Shown here: positions 55,336 through 64,000 of the stretch, piece after piece | Position numbering within the stretch: position 1 is the first letter of the stretch | Layout: the number at the start of each line of letters is the position of its first letter | NCBI RefSeq assembly: GCF_006345805.1 | Contig: NC_042998.1 | Location: 47,802,001 to 47,866,000 of the forward strand | Direction of reading: 5' to 3' | From: Octopus sinensis | Taxonomy: Eukaryota | Length of the DNA stretch: 64,000 nt | Position numbers and translations under genes: made by a program | The notes under the pieces: generated by a model | The model's database searches: none | What the model was told of the DNA's origin: nothing | Seen by the model: only the letters and a program-made list of their open reading frames with translations

Positions 55336-55349
55336 AGTAAGAGGAGTCA

Positions 55350-55810
55350 GATATTTACGAATTGTCCTTTCATCTGAAAGAGAAAGAAGTTCTTGACTCG
55401 CATTGTTAAAGATGATGAAGAACATCCCATGGGAGACAAAGAAGGTGCACAGTGTGTTCAGTGGTGACCAATCAGTCTGATGTGTGCTTGGAAGGATGTC
55501 ACAGGTTGCACACTTGTGATCTGCCAGGGCTGAAGACAAAGAGTTCACGCTGGACTTATGGAGTTCATGTTCTCTTTGTGCTCCTTGAATTCTGTTCTGT
55601 TTTTGGGAGGTGGACACTTCTGTTGGTGCAACTTTGCTAGGCAGCACAATCTTGCGCTCATTTCCCAGGTATCAGGGCTGATCTCAAAGCTCTTTGATGA
55701 GGTTTTGAGTAAATCCTTGAAATGCTTTTTCTGTCCACCTTGTGTGTTTGCCTTATTCCATTTCATTGTAAAACAGTCTCTTGGAGTGTCATGCCAAGTA
55801 TTCAAACCCC
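55350..55810 (-). pseudogene. RTE (BovB-like) LINE C-terminal remnant
   Basis: QGGQKKHFKDLLKTSSKSFEISPDTWE followed by a C-x2-C segment; a partial duplicate lies at 56095-56170. Confidence 0.75.
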
Positions 55811-56678
55811 GTTAGCACGTGAATTGAGTACTAAACCAATTCTATTATTTCTTAAGATATTTTGAAGATCAAACAGAATGCGTGGAAAGTTTCTAAAAAA
55901 GTGTGTTAAATTCTAAAATTTAGAAGAAACAAAATAATGTGAATGTATGGTTAAGAGGCTTGCTTCCCAACCATGTGGTCTTGGGTTCAGTTCCACTTCA
56001 TGGCAACTTAGGAAAATGTCTGTTACTACAACCTAAGGTTGGCTAAAACCTTAAGAGTGATTTGGTACACAGATACTGAAAGAAACCTCCTGTAAAGAGA
56101 ACAAAATTGCAGGAGAACAAAGAGAACATGAACTTCACAAATCCAGAGTCTTCAGCCCTGGCAGACCACAATGAGAGTCAAGAATATCTTTGTCCCACTA
56201 CCACTGCTTGACAACCAGTGATAGTTATGTTTATGTCCTCATACATTATTAACAATTCAGTGAAAGAAACTGATAAAATAAGTACCAAACTTGAAAAATA
56301 AAAACTAGGGATGATTCCTTCAACTAATCCCATCAAGGTGGTGCTCCAGCAAGGCCACAGTCTAATGACTGAAACAAGTAACAGATAAAAAGTAAGCAGA
56401 CCTATTGCTACGATTGTGTATTTGTTATTATAGCTTACTCTTTTATTCTTTTACTTGCTTCTGTCATACGATTGCAGCCTTGCTGGAGCACCACGCTAAA
56501 GGATGTTAGTCAAAGAAATTGATCCTTGTACTAACTTTGAGTTTTGGACATTTTCTATTGATCTCTTATTACCAAAGTGTTAAAATTGCCAAGCAGTGGG
56601 GACAAACACAACACATACATATATCTATTACATATATAATGAATAATATGTGTGTGTGTATATATATATATTGAGTGA

Positions 56679-56990
56679 AGGCGCGTGGCTTAGTGGTTAG
56701 GGCATTCTGCTCATGAACATAAGGTTGTGAGATCAATTCCCGACAACACGTTGTGTCCTTGGCAAGACACTTTATTTCACGTTGCTCCAGTCCACTCAGC
56801 TGGCAAAAATGAGTAGTACCTGTATTTCAAAGGGCCAGCCTTGTCACACTCTGTGTTATGCTGAATCTCCCCAAGAACTACGTTAAGAGTAAACGTGTCT
56901 GTGGAGTGCTCAGCCACTTGTACGTTAATTACACGAGCCAGCTGTTCCATTGATCGTATCAGCTGGAACCCACGTCGTAATCCACGGATT
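56679..56990 (+). mobile_element. Young SINE C2 copy
   Basis: GGCGCGTGGCTTAGTGGTTAG A-box head and GTGTCCTTGGCAAGACACTT...CACTCAGCTGG central domain. Confidence 0.8.
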
Positions 56991-57687
56991 GCTCCTTCAT
57001 GTATATATAGCATAATATATATCATCATATACACATATTGCATGTCTGTGTTTATCTTTTGCTTGTTTCTGTTATTAGACTGCAGTCATATTGAGGCACC
57101 TCTTTGAAGAATTTTAGTTGCAGGAATCTACTCCAGTACTTATATTTTTAAGCCAGGTACTTATTCTGTTGGTCTCTTTTGTCAAACCACTAAGTTAAGA
57201 TGTAAACACACCAACACCACATGTCAAGTAGTGGTGGGTAATGAACATAGACACAAAGATAAACATGCACACATAGAGACAGATAGACAGACAGACAGAT
57301 ATCATCATCATCATTTAATGTCCATCTTCCATGCATGCATGGGTAGGACGGTTGACAGGCTACTGTGTCTGTTTTGACAGGGTTTTCATGACTGCATGCT
57401 CTTCCTAATACCAACCACACTGCAGAGTAGACTCAGTGCTTCTTACATGGTACAAGTTAATTTCTTTATTAACCATGAGGTTGAGAAAAAGAGGGGACGA
57501 TACAAGGACAGAAAAAACAAACATTGGGGTCAGGGTATCAAATGAGACGAAACATATGAATAAGCAAACAATTAAAATATATACAATTTAAAGGCAAGGT
57601 TAGTTTTGGCATGATTTTTACAGCTGGATGCCCTTCCAGATGCTAACCACTTTACAGTGTGGACTAGATGCTTTTCCTGTGGCACCA

Positions 57688-57727
<40 letters not shown>

Positions 57728-57869
57728 GGTGGGCTTCTTTCATTTTCTATCTACCAAATCCACTCACAATGCTATAGTAAAGACATTTATCTCAGGTGCA
57801 ATGCAGTGGGACTGAGCCCAGAACAATGTTGAAGAACAAACTGTTTACTACACAGCCACGGTTGTGCTG

Positions 57870-57905
<36 letters not shown>

Positions 57906-59344
57906 AGTATAGACTGCGAATTAGTATAAATTAGTATAGAACGCAATGTTTTACCAAAACGGAAAACTATAATTGTCACTAAATATGAGAAGGGTGTTAG
58001 AATACCTACATTGCTAGAAACAAGATCTAAAAAGTTCTAATGCTGTAGTTAAAGCACATAATTGTATATATATATATATACACACACACATATGTGTGTG
58101 TTTATGCGTGTGTGCGTGAGGCAGAAGGCGAGAGGTTACTTCCACACAGTTTTTGACTGCCAAGTTCACTCAAGTCATTAATCAGCCAAGGGCTATAGTA
58201 GAAAATATTTACCCAATATGCCACACAATAGAACAGAGCCCAAAACCATGCGTTTGTGAAACAAACCTTAACCACATACCCATGCCTAAACCTTTATGAA
58301 TAACATAAAGAACAACAAGAGGCTTAAATACAAGTGTAAATTTTCTAAAGCCTTAAATCATATTTTTTTTAAATATCTGAGAAGCACTGAGAAACCTCTA
58401 GTGGAGCACCAGTGCAAGGGAAAATATTGTTTGAAGAATCCTCAGTAATCAACATTCCAGTTTAATTACTGCGTTCCTTTTTTTTTTTTTTACTTCCTCT
58501 CTCCTATTTAAATTGAATTCATGAACCAACTGAACCAATAAGCTAGATTTATTTAACTGCATGAGTTGTTCTGATTATTATCATCATCATTATTATTATT
58601 ATTATTGTTGTTATTTTGTTTCTTTTGTATACAAAGAAGCCTCAGTAGTGAAATTTCAGGAATTCTATGCTTGAACATATGTCAGGATAAAAATCAAAAT
58701 AATCAAGTACTTTAACCAACTCAGTCACGCATGCACTAAAATACACTTCTATACAGGGGATTTCTGTTCTATTTCCTTAATCACTGGGCTATGCACAAAC
58801 ACACACACATATACATACATACATACATACATACATACAGACAGACAGACAGACACACATACATATCCATGGCCTCTGGAGACCAAGAGATGCTTACTAT
58901 TACTTATATACAAGCACACATAACTATGTATATCTATTTACATATATCCTTATACACATGTACAACCACTGATGTGCATAGCTCTATCTATCTATCTATC
59001 GTCATTTTAACGTCTACACATTTCCATACTGGCATGGGTTGGACTGTGTTTATGGAGGCAGTCTCTCTCCAGCCTGATGCCCTTCTGATCGTTAACACTC
59101 ACCTATCATATTTCCAAAGTAACATTGCCCCATGACCAGGCATGTTTTTGTAAAATACTGGAAATGAAGCTCTCTGCTTGTATTACAGAGATACTTGTAT
59201 ACAGCTATTACCTCGTTGTCAAGGCAAGAAGACACACACAAAAAACCCCAATACGTACACATACTCAGATACAGAAGAGAACACACACACACACACACAC
59301 GTTTGTATGAATGTATGTGTGTGTGTGTGACACACTTCTTTCAG

Positions 59345-60099
59345 TTTCTTATTTCTTTATTGCCCACAAGGGGCTAAACATAGAGGAGACAAATAAGGAC
59401 AGACAAACGGATTAAGCCGATTACATCGACCCCAGTGCGTAACTGGTACTTAATTTATCGACCCCTAAAGGATGAAAGGCAAAGTCGACCTCGGCGGAAT
59501 TTGAACTCAGAACGTAGAGGCAGACGAAATACCTATTTCTGTATTGCCCACAAGAGGCTAAACATAGAGGGGACAAACAAGGACAGGCAAACGGATTAAG
59601 TCGATTAAGTGCGTAACTGGTACATTTAATCGACCCCGAAGATGAAGGCAAAGTCGACCTCGAATTTGAACTCAGAACGTAACTCAGACGAAATACCTAT
59701 TTCTATTACCCCCGGGCTAACACAGAGGGGACAAGCAAGGACAGACTAGGTAATAAGTCGATTACATCGACCCCAGTTCGTACTGGTACTTAATTTATCG
59801 ACCCGAAGGATGAAAGGCAAAGTCGACCTCGGCGGAATTTGACTCACAACGTAACGCAGACGAAATACCTATTTCTTCATTACCCACAAGGGGCTAAACA
59901 CAGAGGGGACAAACAAGGACAGGCATAGGTATTAAGTCGATTACATCGACCCCAGTTCGTAACTGGTACTTAATTTATCGACCCCGAAAGGATGAAAGGC
60001 AAAGTCGACCTCGGCGGAATTTGAACTCACAACGTAACGCAGACGAAATACCGCTAAGCATTTCGCCCGGTGTGCTAACGTTTCTGCCAGCTCGCCGCC
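59345..60099 (-). mobile_element. SINE A concatemer (head plus four body units) inserted in a SINE B
   Basis: GAAATACC|TATTTC junctions at 59533, 59697 and 59869; both flanks carry GAAAC(C/T)GAAAGAAG. Confidence 0.9.
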
Positions 60100-60401
60100 T
60101 TCTTTCGGCTTCTTTCGGTTTCTGTTTACCAAATCTACTCAAAAGGGTTTGGTCGGCCCATAAGCATGATAGTGGATATGTGTTCAAAGTGCGACACAGC
60201 AGCAGAATCGAACCCGGAACCACGTGGCTAGGTAGCAAACTTCCTACCCACACAGTCACGTCGCGTTAAGTATTTTGCTCGAGAACACGACGCTGCAGCT
60301 GCCTGGTGATTGAAACCACAATCTCACGAGCATAACTGCTACGCTCGAAACTCTAAGGCCACGCGCCTTTACTCTGTGTGTGTGTGTGTGCGTGTGCGCG
60401 C

Positions 60402-60439
<38 letters not shown>

Positions 60440-60991
60440 GAGTGTGTTGTGTGAAAAAGTATGTCAAAGTATATACCTAGGTCTCCATATCGTTTATTGA
60501 GCAGACAAAGAAACATTCCAGAATCAGCAGAATTTCTCATTTCGGTTCATATTTCAGTGTGGGCGGATAGTTTTAATTTCCTTCAACATGATCGTGATGA
60601 TGATAATCATCATCATCATCACATCATCATCATCATCATCATCGTAGTCGTTGTCCCCACGACAGATTTGTTTATTTAGTTTCATATACTAAGATTACAG
60701 TATTATCAAGACTTATCTCCAAGCAAACGATGAATGCATCTACGTAGACGTGTGGTTATGCGTATGCCTCTCTCTCTCTCTCTCCCTCTCTCTCTCACAA
60801 ATATACACACACAGACACCACACACACACACACTGTTGAAGGGTAGCCTTCTGGTTTTTCTAAACAAGGGGTATTCTAAACCCAATATTTACATGCTACT
60901 GCTTGTAGTTTTGTCTGCTTCAAGCTCCTCCATTCCAATATATATATATGTGTGTGTTTGTGTGTAGAAGGTTGAAAAGGGACACACGAGT

Positions 60992-61049
<58 letters not shown>

Positions 61050-61102
61050 ATATGGAAAAAGTCAAGGTAGAAAATGCTAAAATAATTTTATAAACAACCT
61101 TT

Positions 61103-61137
61103 CAGTACCGGTTTCAGTCATTGAGACTTTTCAACTG
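61103..61137 (-). ncRNA. Degenerate minimal hammerhead motif (U3-A8 variant)
   Basis: CAG-UUGAAAA-GUC-UCAAU-GAC-U-GAAA-CCGG-UA-CUG; palindromic stem III ACCGGU; NUH=GUA. Confidence 0.4.
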
Positions 61138-61259
61138 TAAGTGTGGAAAATAATTAAATTGTGGAAAAATTAAAAAGTTTTTTGAAAGAATATATTTGCA
61201 TAGTATTCAAATACAAGGGGTATTTTCCTTGTTTCTGCCTGTCTGTCACTCTTGTGGGT

Positions 61260-61562
61260 TCACCCATGATTATGACCCTAGAATCGATCTATTGCATTTC
61301 AATCTGTTTTAGGGTTGGGGTTAGGGGTTAAGGTATCTTTTTTCTTCACAAATGTAAATAAACCCAATCTGTTTCTTAAACGAGAGACATATTCATACGG
61401 CACAGAATGTTTTTGACCTCAATGGACGTCAATGATTGGTTGAAATTGCAGAAATTGAAGAAAAAGAACAACAAATATCTTACAAACTATAGAATTTTCT
61501 CAATAAAGCCAAGAGAAAAAGATGTTTTATAAACACATTCTACCAGTATACGAAGTTTAAAA
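61260..61562. mobile_element. Interspersed element containing TTAGGG-like repeats
   Basis: ttagggttggggttaggggttaagg at about 61308-61332; the 3' part is shared with 17596-17690. Confidence 0.55.
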
Positions 61563-62144
61563 TTTTAGCAATTTTGATGTGTGTGCTTGTGTGTGGTGGG
61601 GGTTGATTACATCAATCCCAGTACTTGACAGGTACTTTATTTTATCGATCCCAGAGCGAAGGATGGTAAATCAAAGATCGACAAGATGTGAACAAAACTT
61701 ATATTTAAAAAATGTTTAATCACACCCTCCTATTATTCTTTTATTCGGTTACTTGTTTCAGTCACTAAATTGCGGCCATGCTTGAGCATCGCCTTGAAGG
61801 GTACGAGTCAAATAAATAGGCCCCAGGAATATTCTTAAAGCCTAAAACTTATTCTATCGGTCCATTTGGCCGAATCGCTAGATTACAGGGGACGTAAACA
61901 TACCAACACCGGTTGTCAGGTGGTGATGGGGGGACAAGCTCAGACACAAAGACACATATACACAGATATGTGTGCGTATGTGAGTATATATCTATCTATA
62001 CATATATATATATTAAGGTTAGATAAAGCCTGTTTATGGGATTACCTTAGGTTTCACGTCCATGATGGGTTTAGCTTATGGCGTATCATCAGATCCCAAA
62101 ACCTGTTTGCTTAAGTTCTCTACGCCATAAAGCTAACCTATTCA

Positions 62145-62329
62145 AGGACAGACAAACGGATTAAGTCGATTACGTCGACCCCAGTGCGTAACTGGTACTT
62201 ATTTAATCGACCCCGAAAGGATGAAAGGCAAAGTCGACCTCGGCGGAATTTGAACTCAGAACGTAACGGCAGACGAAATACGGCTACGCATTTCGCCCGG
62301 CGTGCTAACGTTTCTACCAGCTCGCCGCC
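62145..62329 (-). mobile_element. Young SINE A monomer
   Basis: Near-consensus sequence with CpGs intact. Confidence 0.9.
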
Positions 62330-63163
62330 TTTTGTGAGCTATATATGTATATCATCATCATCGTCATCATCAACACCATCACCACTACTACCACCACCAC
62401 CACCACCACCACCACCATCAACTTCCTTATGTGTTCGTCCTAATGGCCTTCTCTTCCTTACTCAACCTAGCCTGAAGCACCTAACATTAAGTACTGCACT
62501 AAGCAAGAGTGTGATTTGGCGAAGAGATTCCATTTCCTCCTCCTCCTACCACCACTTCCACCACCACCACCACCGCTACCGCTACCAACACCTTCACTGC
62601 CATCTGACCTAACAAAGGGCAAAGCCACTGAGTAACTAAAATTCAGATGGCCTAACATGTTGTCTACATTCCACACAAGCTCAGAATGCCAGAGAACAAG
62701 AGCAATGGTTTCAGTCACTAACTAACTGCCATGTACTACCATCCACTTCTCTCTCTCTCTTTCTCTCTCTCTCTCTTCCTCCCCCCTCTCTCTCTGTCTA
62801 ATTCTTGTTCTCACTCACTCACGTACACATACATACACTTTGTAAAACAATAAGGCAACTGTTGTGGATTTGATCATTATAGTTGTTACTGTTGCTTTTA
62901 TCTGTTTATTTGAAAGATCTTATTTATATAATCCTTCTCATTCTTCTATTTCCCTCTTTCTCGACTCCTCTTGCACTACCCCCCTCTCTCTCTCTGTCTC
63001 TGTCTCTTTATCAGTCTCTCAGCTTCTTGTTCATGTTCTATGGCTGTTTAATAAATTACACCTAAACTGTGTAATCGCGGACCTACACTTATACAAACAT
63101 AATACTGTATACACGCATACTTATAACAAACTGAAACACACACAAATATCGTTATATATATAT

Positions 63164-63557
63164 GTTTCCTTATTACCGACAAGGGGCTAAACAAGGACAG
63201 ACAAACGGATTAAGTCGATTACATCGACCCTAGTGCGTAAATGGTACTTAATTTATCGACCCCGAAAGAATAAAAGGCAAAGTCGACCTCGGCGGAATTT
63301 GAACTCAGAACGTAGCAACGGGCGAAATACCTGTTTCTTTATTACCTACAAGGGGCTAAACATAGAGGGAACTAACAAGGACAGACATAGGTATTAAGTC
63401 GATTACATCGACCCCAGTGCGTAACTGGTACTTAATTTATCGACCCCGAAAGGATGAAAAGCAAAGTCAACCTCGGCGGAATTTGAACTCAGAACGTAGC
63501 AATGGGCGAAATACCGCGAAGCACTTCACCCGGCGTGCTAATGTCTCTGCCAGCTCG
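63164..63557 (-). mobile_element. SINE A dimer (head plus two units)
   Basis: Junction GAAATACC|TGTTTC at 63331. Confidence 0.9.
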
Positions 63558-63948
63558 GCACAGGAGTGGCTGTGTGGTAAGTAGCTTGCTGACCAACCGC
63601 ATGGTTCCGGGTTCTCATTCCACTGCGGGACGCCTTGGTCAAGTGTCTTCTACTATAGCCCCGAGTCGACCAAAGCCTTGTGAAGGGATTTGGTAGACGG
63701 AATCTGAAAGAAGCCTGTCGTATACATATACATGTGTGTGTGTGTCTGTTCCCCCACCATCACTTGACAACCGATGTTGGCGTGTTTACGACCCCCGTAA
63801 CTTAGGGGTTCGGCAAAAGAATGAAGTCCGATAGAATAAAGTACAAGGCTTACGAAAAATAAGTCCCGGGGTCGATTTGTTCGATTAAAGGGCGATGCGC
63901 CAGCGCAATCGCAGTCAAATGACTGAAACAAGTAAAAGGTTAAAAGAA
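63558..63948 (+). mobile_element. Full-length SINE B, head-to-head with the SINE A dimer
   Basis: Head, internal TA/TG microsatellite and tail are all present. Confidence 0.85.
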
Positions 63949-64000
63949 TATACATACACATATATACACACACACATGTATATATATATATATAATATAT

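Noticed and set aside
59345-60099. Regular repeats resembling a CRISPR array
   Set aside because: Whole 165-185-nt SINE units with no unique spacers, in eukaryotic DNA without cas genes. Small deletions in the middle units may be read errors.

Overview
AT-rich eukaryotic DNA dominated by microsatellites and interspersed repeats. The SINE families and (TA/CA/GATA)n load look like an octopus (cephalopod) genome; this is recognition from memory, not a database result. No complete gene or long ORF is present, and nearly all entries in the ORF track are microsatellite or SINE noise. Supported content: (i) a few short minus-strand coding-exon candidates (376-517, 192-228, 47894-48025) and candidate 5' exons near 6.2-7.3 kb and 23.3-24.5 kb; (ii) three tRNA-headed SINE families and one RTE-tailed family in many copies; (iii) decayed RTE and CR1-group LINE fragments, Tc1 and DD37D mariner remnants, and hAT-, piggyBac-type and other MITEs; (iv) Penelope-type repeats with minimal hammerhead-ribozyme motifs. 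Most notable: SINE concatemers that restart at the same anticodon-loop junction at three separate loci, hammerhead motifs with variant cores, CpG-decay domains that outline probable gene bodies, and a candidate ATG-bearing microexon. Coordinates were read by eye, so repeat boundaries are approximate.
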